In this document: piece after piece, positions 13,301 to 24,000 of the stretch
Layout: every line of letters starts with the position of its first letter
Numbering within the stretch: position 1 is the first letter of the stretch
Assembly (NCBI RefSeq): GCF_963506605.1
Contig: NC_083285.1
Location: 36,828,001 to 36,892,000 of the forward strand
From: Zootoca vivipara
Taxonomy: Eukaryota
Direction of reading: 5' to 3'
Length of the DNA: 64,000 nt
Translations under genes and position numbers: made by a program
The notes under the pieces: model-generated
Databases searched by the model: none
Told to the model about the DNA's origin: nothing
What the model saw: the letters and a program-made list of their open reading frames with translations, nothing else

Positions 13301-16300
13301 AATGGTGCCCTGCAAACACTAGTAATGTTTCTCCCTCACCTTGCATATTTATTAACCCAGTTCACACCAAGTCCTAAGCCAAACACGTGAGTTCCTAGAG
13401 CAAAGATTGTGGCCACTGTGTTTCTCCCACAGTGCTGCTGAGGCATTAAGCCATAGTTTGGCATAGTGTTTATGTCCAAACCTGTAGATAATACCATGAG
13501 CCTTTGTTGGGACATAACGTCCATGTATAGTAGAGCAGTAGCAGGCCCAGTAGAGTATAACGGCGGCTGTGATCTTCACTCCAGAAAGCCATACAGTGGT
13601 GCCTCGCTAGACGAATGCCCTGCTAGATGAAAATTCCGCTTAACGAAAGGATTTTCTGACCGGAGGTTGCCTCACTATACGACAAGCTTTTCTATGGCCA
13701 CCGCTTCATTGTGCGAAGCGTGGCCATAAAAACCTCTGATCAGAAAATCAGGACATTCATCTAGCGAAAGGGGAACCAGCTGTAGCAAGGGAATAAGGCA
13801 AAGGAAGATCAGCTGAGAGGTCCTGACAGCTGTCAGCGCCTCTCAGCTGATCTTCCTTTGCCTTCTTCCCTTTGCTGCAGCTGGTTCTCCTTTGTGTTCC
13901 GTTGGTCTCTGCCCTGGCAGAGACCAGCAGAACACAAAGAGGAACTAGCGGGGGAGAAGCGGAGGGGGGGGGGAAGAGGAACGAAGGAAGGGAAAGCAGC
14001 CCTTTCTCTTCCTTCCTTCCTCTCCCCCCCGCCGCCGACAGAAAGGACAAATCCCGGGGTTTGGACAAGCTGCAAGTGCTTCCCCAAACCCCGGGATCTG
14101 TGCAGGCTCAGCAGCAGGAGGAGAGGAACGATTTCGTTCCTCTCCCCCTGCCACCGACAGCTTTATCCGATCCCCGCTGTGTCGGGCGGGGTGAGGGGAA
14201 AGCGGAGTCCGCTTCTCCCCCCCCCCGCCCGACAGAGCCGGCATTAGGCGGCAACGGCGCCTTCTCGGCGAAGGCAAGCGATTTCGTTCCTCTCCCCCTG
14301 CCACCGACAGCTTTGTCCGATCCCCGCTGTGTCGGGCGGGGTGAGGGGAAAGCGGAGTCCGCTTCTCCCCCCCCCCGCCCGACAGAGCCGGCATTAGGCG
14401 GCAACGGCGCCTTCTCGGCGAAGGCAAGCGATTTCGTTCCTCTCCCCCTGCCACCGACAGCTTTGTCCGATCCCCGCTGTGTCGGGCGGGGTGAGGGGAA
14501 AGCGGAGTCCGCTTCTCCCCCCCCCCGCCCGACAGAGCCGGCATTAGGCGGCAACGGCGCCTTCTCGGCGAAGGCAAGCGATTTCGTTCCTCTCCCCCTG
14601 CCACCGACAGCTTTGTCCGATCCCCGCTGTGTCGGGCGGGGTGAGGGGAAAGCGGAGTCCGCTTCTCCCCCCCCCCCGCCCGACAGAGCCGGCATTAGGC
14701 GGCAACGGCGCCTTCTCGGCGAAGGCAAGCAGGCGGGCTAGGTGTCCCCCGCTTGCCTTTGCCAAGGAAGCCTAAGCGCAGGCGGGATGGAAGGGGAAGC
14801 GGAGGATCTTTTCTCCGCTTCCCCCCATCCTACCCGACACATCGGGGATCGTAGGGGGCTTCTCAAGCCCCCTACGATCCCCGCTGTGTGGCAGGCGGGA
14901 TGCGGGGGGAAGCGGAGGATCGGCGGGCGCTGCTTGGGGAAGGCAGGCGGGCAGGTGGCAACAGCCCGTGGAAGCTCCGGGGCTGTTGCCATCTCCCTGC
15001 CTGCTTCCACGAGCTGAAGCGCCCGGGGGGGGGGCTTTTGCCGTTTACCTTCCCCGAGCTAAGGGGGAGGCAAATGGCGAAAAGCCCCCTCCCACGCTGC
15101 ACTTCGGCTCAGGGACTGGCTTGGCGGCAGCGGGAAGAAGGGGAGGAATTCCTCCCCTTCTTCCTGCCACCGCCAAGCCAGTCCCCGAGCCGAATTGCGG
15201 CGCGGGAGGGGGCTTTTCGCCATTCGCCTCCCCCTCGCAGTGCTCCAATTCGGCTCCGTACCCCGGGTGCTTCGGCTCAGGGCAGCAGGCAGGGAGATGG
15301 CAACAGCCCGGGAACTGCTGCGGACTGTTGCCGTCTCCCTGCCTGCTTCCCCGAGCCGTAGTGCATCGGGGGACAGAGCCGAAGCTCGGCGTGCGCTGTT
15401 TGCCGGGGTTGACAAGCCCCGCAATTAGCGCCCGTCAATCTTTGTGTGACAGGCGGGGCGGGGGAAAGACAGAGGAACGATCTTCCGCTTTCCCCCCACC
15501 CCCGCCTGTCACACAACACAGATCCGAAGATCGGTGGGCGCTGTTTGCCGGGGTTGACAAGCCCCGGCAAGCAACGCCCTCCGATCTTTGTGTGACAGGC
15601 AGTGGGGAAGGCCGGCAGGCAAGAGAGCAAGCGCCTGCCTGCCTTCCCCGCTGCCAGTCCCCCGGAGCCCATAAGAACGCATTGATTAAGTTTCAATGCA
15701 TTCCTATGGTAAACCGGGACTCGCTAGACGAAAAATTCGTTACACGAATTGACCCGTGGAACGAATTAATTTCGTCTAGCGAGGCACCACTGTACATCTG
15801 CTTGCTTGCACTCAGCTATGGTTTGGCTCAATGTTGTCTGCAAGCCATGTCATTATTAACTATTTCATATGCTATTAGTCTTGTTTCACCAGTTTCCCTT
15901 TCTCCCCCCGCAGAAACATGAAAATGAATTTAATGAGTCTGCAGCCTTGACTAAAATTTACCACTACATAGCAAGATATTATGATGATGTAAGTTCCTCT
16001 TTTCACTCCCTCTCTTTCTCTAGTTACCAAAATGTTTAGTAGTATGCCATTTATCTATACTACACTGTGCCTGGGGCTGCAAAACTTCTGAGTGGTTGAC
16101 TGAGGAAGTCTGTAAACATTCAGACCACTATTATTCCATGAGTAATGTACAGTGCACATGTACCTTTTGATCAGAACCTAAATATACAGCTTGGTTCACG
16201 TACAAAATGGAACGCAGGAGGTGGTTGAGCGTGCCAACTTTTGGCATTGCACAGGTTGCTGCTGAAATTTGAAACCCCAAGGACTGCCACTGCATGTCTT

Positions 16301-17388
16301 TTTATATTTAAAGGTTACTTCAATGTTTTAATTGTAGAACAGTTCAGCTTGTATTATATTTAAATCCATTTATTATAATGTGCTCTATTTGCATATATAT
16401 ATATAGGCATATCACTGTTGATCTACTGTCAAATTCTGTAAGGTAAAATAAAACTTATTTATGGCAATTTTAATAATGCACAAACTATCCCGCATGTCAG
16501 GGGTAGTGGCTTAATGAGTGGTGTCAGGCTGGTTAGAGTTGAACAGAAAGTTAACTAAGGATTAGTCTGATGAGAACAGAGGAAGGGGATACCTGGTAGG
16601 ACCTGAAACAGGAACCTTTACCAAGTTATGAGATTAAGCAATATGATTAAAAAGCAGTGACCAAGTTTCACTAAAGTTTATTGTCATAAATACCTGTTTA
16701 CTCATCCAAATTCTAAACACTTTTGATGCCACATATAATTCCCCTTTAGTGGAACCTAAAACTGGGCCACTCCTCTCCCCATTTCATAGCTTCCAAAGTG
16801 TGACTGATTAATCATCTTAGTCTAAACATGCCCCTTCAAATCACACCCTATTCTTACAACTGTTGAAAATGTTTCAGTCTGTGGCTTTGGAATAAAGGAT
16901 GTGGTCATTTTATTGATACAAATTTCTGCTTTGCCCTTGTTATGCCACTGGGGGACGGGACAGCTTTCCCATATTGGCTGTGTCTTTCCTCATGACTGTT
17001 GCACATTGATATGCTTACTTCATATTGTGCTGCTACCATTACATAAATTTGGGCTTACATTTACTAATGTTTGTGGTTTTTAATTTAGGTAGCTCTTGTC
17101 AGAGGAAGTGTTTTATAAGTTTATTGTCACTCACAGGATAACAAGATGCATAGGCTGGCATTAGAAGGAAATGTGGTTTGCTCAAGCAGAGCTACTGTGA
17201 CATTGAAAAAATGTGTTAAAATAAGGCTGCACACATTTCTTTTGTTTCCATAGATACTGAATAAATTGGAGAAAGAACGAGGGCTGGAAGAAGCACAGAA
17301 GCAGCTGCTGTATATAAAATCCTTAGTTGACGAAAAGAAAAAATGCAAGTGGATTTCAGATGAATCAACTGCTCCCTTACTAAGCTAG
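1208..17388 (+). CDS. PLXNC1: Plexin-C1, 3' part (cytoplasmic RasGAP/RBD region), 13 exons, ~535 aa; gene starts upstream of the window
   Basis: Exons 1208-1332, 3047-3245, 3955-4101, 5184-5361, 5978-6081, 8903-8954, 10206-10237, 10338-10445, 10892-11055, 11295-11442, 13060-13200, 15914-15988, 17254-17388 join in consistent phase. Translation includes [62 protein letters not shown] and EKKKCKW, matching the plexin-C1 C-terminus as recalled. Confidence 0.97.
2188..2323. mobile_element. Palindromic hAT-type MITE (older relatives near 907-1040, 8997-9123, 9520-9640)
   Basis: Long TIRs (c/g)agcctttcccaaccttgggtctgcagatattgttg; near-TSD gtctagat/gtctagaa. Confidence 0.8.
2711..2982. mobile_element. 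Tigger/pogo-like (Tc1/mariner superfamily) MITE
   Basis: TIR CAGTGGTGCCTCGC...GCGAGGCACCACTG, TA TSD. Confidence 0.85.
3047..3245 (+). CDS. PLXNC1: PLXNC1 exon (CLFASFL...SGFLR), GC donor
   Basis: aacag acceptor; ends CTT CGG|gcaagt; next exon starts in phase 0. Confidence 0.93.
3955..4101 (+). CDS. PLXNC1: PLXNC1 exon (ETFGDLFY...EFNTV)
   Basis: ttag acceptor, GTG|gtatgt donor; [23 protein letters not shown]. Confidence 0.93.
5184..5361 (+). CDS. PLXNC1: PLXNC1 exon (RBD start, [16 protein letters not shown])
   Basis: tttcag acceptor, G|gtaagg donor. Confidence 0.93.
5978..6081 (+). CDS. PLXNC1: PLXNC1 exon (ELLDIDSSS...KLNTIRHYA)
   Basis: ggcag acceptor, GCG|gtaaga donor. Confidence 0.92.
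6135..6275 (+). mobile_element. tRNA-derived SINE with CR1-like tail
   Basis: Degenerate A/B boxes (gggttcaagaccc) then gtcccttctaac...gattctatga. Confidence 0.6.
6825..6995 (+). mobile_element. Squam3-like SINE (similar remnants near 7410-7600 and 41880-42040)
   Basis: gagcatctgct...gcatgcagaagg head; tgtagacaatactgagctagatggacc body. Confidence 0.6.
8209..8658 (+). mobile_element. ~450-bp non-autonomous retroposon (L1-type insertion)
   Basis: 16-bp TSD aggaa(c/t)gtcagccttc at 8193-8208 and 8659-8674; starts GGCTTCCTGTTTCCGGCGG; ends AATAAA plus short A run. Confidence 0.75.
8903..8954 (+). CDS. PLXNC1: PLXNC1 exon ([17 protein letters not shown])
   Basis: ttttcag acceptor, CAG|gtactg donor; phase fits neighbours. 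Confidence 0.88.
9195..9461. mobile_element. Non-autonomous hAT transposon
   Basis: CAGGGGT...ACCCCTG ends, 8-bp TSD gtttatgc. Confidence 0.85.
10206..10237 (+). CDS. PLXNC1: PLXNC1 32-nt micro-exon ([11 protein letters not shown])
   Basis: ctcag acceptor (alternative in-frame AG 12 nt upstream), CTG|gtaagt donor. Confidence 0.85.
10338..10445 (+). CDS. PLXNC1: PLXNC1 exon (ILPDSE...[14 protein letters not shown])
   Basis: ttacag acceptor, AAG|gtaagt donor. Confidence 0.94.
10892..11055 (+). CDS. PLXNC1: PLXNC1 exon (VAIHSVVE...VHIWKTN)
   Basis: caaag acceptor, AG|gtatat donor; [12 protein letters not shown]. Confidence 0.95.
11295..11442 (+). CDS. PLXNC1: PLXNC1 exon (SLPLRFWVN...QQLGK)
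   Basis: gccag acceptor, AAG|gtagta donor. Confidence 0.95.
11490..11888. mobile_element. Non-autonomous hAT transposon, related to 9195-9461 in opposite orientation, with internal palindromic repeats
   Basis: 8-bp TSD ggctatac; TIRs caggcgttggcaac / gttgccgacctatg. Confidence 0.85.
13060..13200 (+). CDS. PLXNC1: PLXNC1 exon ([14 protein letters not shown]...RESK)
   Basis: taaag acceptor, AAG|gtatca donor. Confidence 0.95.
13594..15792. mobile_element. 2.2-kb non-autonomous Tigger/pogo-like transposon with GC-rich cargo
   Basis: TIR CAGTGGTGCCTCGCTAGACGAA / TTCGTCTAGCGAGGCACCACTG, TA TSD; termini shared with the 2711-2982 MITE. Confidence 0.9.
14129..14730. repeat. Four near-identical 150-bp GC-rich tandem units
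   Basis: atttcgttcctctccccctgccaccgacag recurs at 14131, 14281, 14431, 14581. Confidence 0.95.
15914..15988 (+). CDS. PLXNC1: PLXNC1 exon (KHENEFNE...YYDD)
   Basis: ccgcag acceptor, GAT|gtaagt donor. Confidence 0.93.
17254..17388 (+). CDS. PLXNC1: PLXNC1 last coding exon ([17 protein letters not shown]...[15 protein letters not shown])
   Basis: catag acceptor; TAG at 17386-17388. Confidence 0.93.
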   Translation: MLNKLEKERGLEEAQKQLLYIKSLVDEKKKCKWISDESTAPLLS

Positions 17389-20300
17389 TATGAACTTTAA
17401 AAACTGCTACTGTCAGTGGAACATTCAAAGCATCAAGTTCTCCTCAAGCATTAATAGTATGCAACAGTAAGTCCAGATGGGAATGAGCATCCCTAGCTGC
17501 ACCGAAGACGCATCTCAGAGCAGCCTGGATAAACATTACATTGTTGATGTAAATATGCAGCCAGGCACATAGGACTGGAAGCTTGCTGCCATGTGCAGAT
17601 TTCCCTTGCCTGTGGGAAGCAAGATGCTGCACTTGATAGAGACCTTCAGACTGATGCATCAGGGAGCATCTTACATTAAGTAATTTTGGCAGTGTTTTAA
17701 GCACTTTTGATGTGGGTTTTGTTGTTGGTTTTTTAAAAAAGGCCCTGAGCCACAAATCTATAAAACCAACCTGCTTGAATTTCATTTTCAGCATAGTGCT
17801 CCAAAGGCCTACTTTGCCAAAATAATTTCCTTACCTCATTGAACTGAGACAACCTCCTTCTCTAAGTTCCACATGAGCACAAACATGCAGTATGTTCCAG
17901 ATACTTGGGTGCTGCAGCCTAAAGAAGCATAACCACTGGATCTAGGAGGCCCGGCCTACTGAGGTCATTTGCAGCATTCCAAGAAAACAGTTTGGAACCT
18001 ACGTGGAATGATATGGGACACTTTACATACCTTCTTGTGGAGAAGCATGCAGAATGGATTGGCTGGCTCACATCCCACTGAAATTTTCAATTGCTATAGC
18101 TGTGTCCAGCATTATCTATGTTCTAAGCATTTCTTCCCCCTGCATAGACAACAGATAAGTTTCAAAACAAACTCAGGGACCACTAAGTATTAAGGTATTT
18201 TTAATTGACCCTTTTTCTGAGGCAGAAAAGGGTGCTCTGATTTATTTTGTACCTGCAGTTGTTCATATTTTTTAAAATTCTAGATAAATGGAAGGATTAC
18301 CAAAATAAATTCTACGTAGCTTTGCAAGTACATGCGTGTTTTCCAGCTGGGGTAGCTACAGTAGTCTTTGGCTTTCATGGCCCACCATCCATTTCAGCAG
18401 AAGCATGAAGTGTTATGCTAAGTTGGCAGGTTAGAAATGCTAGAAGTGCAGACTGTGACAATCACAATAAAGCTTAAGTGTATGTAAAAAGCATTACATT
18501 CACAAAACATTACAATTAATGAAATTAATACAACTATCTTGGCATTGGGAAGCAAATTTGCAGGTCACTTCTCCAGGCAATACAAATGAGTGGGAAGAGT
18601 CACAAACAGTGGTCAACACTATAGGATAGTTGTCTTACCAGGAACATTGCAGGTATTTTTTCATGGCAGAACTGCTTTGTAAAGTGCTCATCTGATATTA
18701 ACCTCAACTGTAACTTATGAAACTAATGTAGGTGTCAAGCTGTGTTGTTGCTTGTAGGACCTTTGATTGGCTTGATAACTGTACGGTAATATCTTGCATC
18801 AGTCAGAGGAACTAAATAGTGAAATGAAATATTTGTGACAATCTACAGCTGAAAGCATAACACTTATTGTAAACTGCGTAAAACAATCAAAACTTATTTT
18901 TCAGATGTCTGCAGGTAAATATTTCATCTGATCATGATACATCTTAATAACTCCTATGAAAATGAGACATTTGTATAAAAATGCATTGATGGAAAATACA
19001 TGATATTTACATGAGATGTTTATTTCAAATACAAAGTATTTGTTGTTTACTTTGCTAACTTGTCTTTTTGTTTAACTTGTAGTTTTAATTATATATACAC
19101 TTCAACTTTTCAAAGCAACTCAAAGTTAGAACACATGTCAGACTTTTATTGCAAAATCCCTGCTTTACAAAAGGAAAGCTAGAGTGGCATGAAATGACCA
19201 TTTCTCCATTCTTCTCTGGTCTCTCAGCTGGAGGTTCGTATCACAATTTTGGAATTTCTGGAATCTGGCTGGTATTCTATACAAAGCAATGGTCTGACTT
19301 AAGATTCCAGTTGGGAAATAACTCCCTATTTATATGCATAACCTAAGAAGGCCCAGCCTTATTCAGAGCTAAACAAGTATCGTGACACAGCTGTTCTAAA
19401 ATCATATATCCTGGTGCATAAAGTATGCCTAGAATACGTTCTAGACCTTATTGCCGCCTTCTAATATTTGCACTTCAACATACATGGCACTTTGATATTC
19501 AAGTTACAGACAGCATGTGAAGGAATCAGAGATTACCTGTGAATATTCCTTTTACTTGTTAATCGATGACTCAGGAATTGAGGTGATCTCTTCATCCACT
19601 AGACATCAGTTTGTTGAGGAAATCTTCCACTTCTTCCCTAGACCCAATTACTCAAGACATACTAGCATAAATTCACCACAGCCAAAAACAATAACTATAG
19701 CTTTTGGATTCTCTGTGATTACCTGATAGTTTTAAGATTAACCAAACCGCTTGTGAAAACTAATTTAATGAATTGTCATGCAGGACTGCTTGACAAGAGT
19801 TGTATAGATTAGAGCAGGGAGGGGCAGAGCCACCATAGTTCATCTACAATCAGTTTTGAGTCTGTCTCCAAAACTGTAGGAGGAAGTTATTTCATATCTG
19901 AAATAATATCTAGAACCACCAGAAAAATGATTGTTCCCCTGCATGGCTTGTTCCCCATTAGAACCCAAAACTGGATGACATTAGGTGAATAGCATGAAAC
20001 TCTGAGCAACTTCCAACACATATGCCATCACAAAAGCTGTATTTTCACTGTTACACAAAGAAAAGGAACCAGATGCATTTTAAATTATTTGCATGGTAAT
20101 CAAGGGCACTTTTTAGGAACAAAAAACCCCTAGACTGTATTAAAATAAGAAAATCAGTGCTCTTACACCACTGCTGCAATTAAATAACACACAACAAGGA
20201 AGTCGATTTTACAAAAATATATTATAATAAATAGATTTGTTCACTTTTTTGTTAACAAACAAAAATTGTTTTGCACCACACACATCTCTCTATAAAGGTA

Positions 20301-20410
20301 AAAAGCATATATTCATAATTCATAATCATTTTAAAATATTGTTACTTCTGATATCCTTTATAATCATATTAAAGTGCAGAAAATAAAGTACTTTATAAAG
20401 GCAGAGATCA
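17389..20410 (+). other. PLXNC1: PLXNC1 3' UTR (approximate end)
   Basis: AT-rich, repeat-poor sequence after the stop; AATAAA at 20226 and 20382. Confidence 0.55.
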
Positions 20411-20837
20411 AATTCCCAGAATTTTACCTGCCTTTAGTTGTTAGGGTTCAACTAATAATGTTCTGGGTTGTTTCAGTATTTTTAATTGCATGATGCCAGC
20501 CTCAAGCTCACAGTACTATGGAGAACTTCATGATCAAACTGGAAAGGGGGATTTTTCCACACAGCTACTACACTCCCTAAGTGACTTGAGAAAAGTCGTT
20601 AGAAAAAAAAGGTTTAGTACAACATAATGGATCTCCTCTTATAATCTAAACTCGAAGAGCTCACACACACACACACACACCCCTCATTCTTTTCTTGAAT
20701 TCTACTGCTGTTGTAACTTTTAAAAAACAATCAATTAAAAATATAGAAAATGATGCAGTCTATCCTCTACTTCAAGGCACTTCTGCGTGTGTTTTTGGCA
20801 AAGGACAAAAAGTATATGATGCTTTAGAGTCAAGTGT

Positions 20838-21029
20838 TTATTTGGCATCCCCAGCTGGTAGACCATACTCTTCAACAAGCTTATGTCTATCAGAGTTCGA
20901 GTCCGTGCTTATTACTGACCGAGCTCGTTCAGTAGAGGCCTCAAGCTCTTGCAGCTGTTTCCTCTGGGTGGTTTCTAGTTCTTCCAAGCGCTTGCGAAGC
21001 AGGGAAAGCTCTTTTTGATGTTGTTCCTC
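20838..21029 (-). CDS. CEP83: CEP83 last coding exon (EEQHQKEL...AGDAK*)
   Basis: tcaag acceptor; TAA at 20840-20838. Confidence 0.93.
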   Translation of the reverse strand, partial: EEQHQKELSLLRKRLEELETTQRKQLQELEASTERARSVISTDSNSDRHKLVEEYGLPAGDAK

Positions 21030-24000
21030 CTTGAAATTAAGAAGCAACCCATTATGTTTAACATTTAGAGATATTCTATGACTAACACTTTCATCGCAAT
21101 CTGATGTTGTGCTTGGGCCTTTCCAGCTTCTGTTTACTTTTTAGATATTTTTGTACGCCTCACTAAGTCAATGTTGTTGTTTTTTTTAAAAAAAATTAAA
21201 TATGAAACCTATATATATATAACCTGTATATAAAATAGTCCATAATCCAAATGAGAGGGTGTTGGGATTCTGTTTCTCTAAACAGCAGATATCCATGTAA
21301 TATGGTGAACAACTTTTGAAAGCAAAAGTCTTCCCAAAGCATTTTTTTATAAAAAGAACACAGAACTCTGATGTTTAAAGCAATGAAGTAAAAACTCTTA
21401 CTGGCTTTGCTTAAGGTAATTCTTTGAATTCTGGGTCTAGTCCACCACAGACTACCTTGGGGCTGTTTTATATATTTTCTCATACTGTCTCCAAAACTTT
21501 CAGAAACCTGCTTCGAATTTTAATCTTTCAACACTTCTTCCTGTGTTACAAGCTCATTTTCTTGTTATCACCACCTTAAACCATCTCTTTGAGAACGGCC
21601 ATGTAAGTTATCACCTACCGGCAAGAAAGGGAAGGATGCCTCTGCTCCAGGTATCGGAGTTGAAGACAATAAGCCTACTTGATTCAGCACTGGGATGTTG
21701 GGAAACAGAATTAACCTGCGGAATTCGTTATGTCTCCTCTGCAAATCCTTTAGTCTTTTCTGAAGGCGAATATGTTCTTCAAAAGGAACATTCTGCCTAA
21801 AATAATCAAGACGTGAAACAAACAGGACACTGTCTTCAAACATGCAAACTTTACCACCAACGCCATCTCAAGTGATGCAGCAAAGAATTGACAGTGGCAC
21901 CTCTGGTTGCGGACAGGATCCGTTCTGGAGATCCGGTCGGATCCTGAGGTTTTTGCAACCTGAGGACTGCTTCTGTGCATGCAGCAAAACCCAGTCAAAT
22001 ACTTCCGGGTTTGCCACTTTTGCATCCTGAAGTTTATGTAACCAGAGGGTTACGTAACCGGAGGTACTACTGTATGTCGAAAGCAATGTTAAACCTTAAT
22101 GATGACAGTAATTCTGTCTCTAAAACACAGCAAAATTCAAGAGCAAGCAAGATCTCAATGTACCTATTTAACACCTGGTTTTCCGTTTCCAGTTCTTCTC
22201 TCTTGGCTTCCAACAGCTCTATCTTCTCCAGTAACCTCTTTTGCTTTTTGTCATTAAGTGTCTTCCTCTGCAAATAGGGCAAATACTATGTATAGTTAGA
22301 GAAACAAACATTCATTTGATTGTTGACCTCCAATGCAGCATTCCATTTTCTAACCCACATCCTCCAATTGGAGTACCGTGTTTCTCATATTATAAGACAT
22401 GTCTTATATTTATTTTTTCCTCAAAAAAACACACTATGGCTTATTTTCAAGGGATGTCTTATTTTTTTCCTCCTCCTGCCGTGGCCGGCATTGCTGCTGC
22501 GCCTATCACTATGTCTTATTTTCGGGGTATGGCTTCTATTCCTTGAATGCTTAAAAATCCTACTATGGCTTATTTTATGGGTATGTCTTAAAATATGAGA
22601 AACAGGGTATTATCCCCAAATTATCAAATTAGTTACATATATTCATTGGGAAGGAGGTACTTAATACTGAGCACATCAACATGCTTACAATAAGGGAAAA
22701 AATCAAGTATGGAAGAGGAAGCATTTGAAAAATTGGTGTATTTATTGGGGGCGGGGACATATCCATTTGGAGTTACTTTGATTGCCAAAAGAGAGACAAA
22801 ATTATTGTCATTTTATTACAAGCATCATTTGTAAAGTGGGAAAGGCTAGCAGGAATGATGCAAACAGAGACCTTGACTGAAAAGAGGAACAGAAAGAACA
22901 ACACATCCTACTAGGGCATCAAGTAGTGGGACAAAGCCTTGTGCTTCTTTCTCTCCTCTGTCACTGAATTTTTCTGTTAATTTATTTGGTGTGTGGGAGA
23001 GAAGGAAAGAAAGGTCACTGGTACTCTGCAAAGCTGTGAAAACATTTCTGCAACACTTTTGCATTTTTCCACAGAGGGAGAAAAAAAAGCTACATATTTT
23101 CAAAATCTAATTACCTTTGGTGTGTAGCTGTTAATATCTATCCACAAACAAAAATTAGATGTCACAACTAGGGGTATTTCTCGGTGCTATCACAGCTTCT
23201 TTTTGCCATTTAAAACAAAAGCTTTCAGCAATAGAGGTCAATATTTTGTTTTACAAATTACAAATATTATGTTGGCTACAATTAGAATCGTGTTATAGAA
23301 GCATAATTTTAGCTAACCCAGAATGAAAAAGTTTCCCTCAGATATATGCTGTAAGTGACATGCCTTTTTCTGAGCAACTGCTGCCCGGTGCAATTTTTCT
23401 TTCATTTGGTCATACTTCTGTTCTACCTCTGTAATACGCTGAATAAGTTTATGTTTTTCTTCTAGCCATTCGACATGTTTGTCTTCCAAATTTCTGGAGG
23501 GGGAAAAAAATGGTTGCCCTGCATATCAAATCCACAGTTAATCACCTCATTCATGAATGTGCTGAGTATATCGCACATGGCTAAATGAAACCCAGACATA
23601 CCTATGGGAAAGGTGATCTGAAACTTGCAGGATGTCAAGTGCTAAATCAGCCCTTACAAAACTGTACGTTGGGGCACTTCTATATGGCCTTATAAATGAA
23701 TTAGTAGAAGTAAGTAAAGGCTCCTGTGAGTTCAAATATCCATCCAGAGAGAAAACTGACCAACCTTACCTTCCAAGCAAGGCGGAGAACTTTTAGATTG
23801 CCAGGCTCTGGATGCTCTCCTGAGATCTCACAGAGCCACCTGAGTTCCTGAGATCTTGCAAGAGCATCCAAGAGCCCAGCAAGCATCCAGAGATTTTAAA
23901 AGCTCTTTCTGCACCAGGAAAGTACAATACAAAAGCAGTTTCAACCAGCCAACTTTCAACCATGCAAGAATAAAATTGTGCAAGTTAATTGTGTGCAAGA

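Noticed and set aside
14129-14730. Regular repeats resembling a CRISPR array
   Set aside because: Contiguous near-identical units with no unique spacers, in vertebrate DNA with no cas genes.
13757-15921. Many long overlapping ORFs (up to 317 aa) on both strands
   Set aside because: They arise from GC-rich 150-bp tandem and palindromic repeats inside a TIR element; low-complexity peptides with no transposase motifs.
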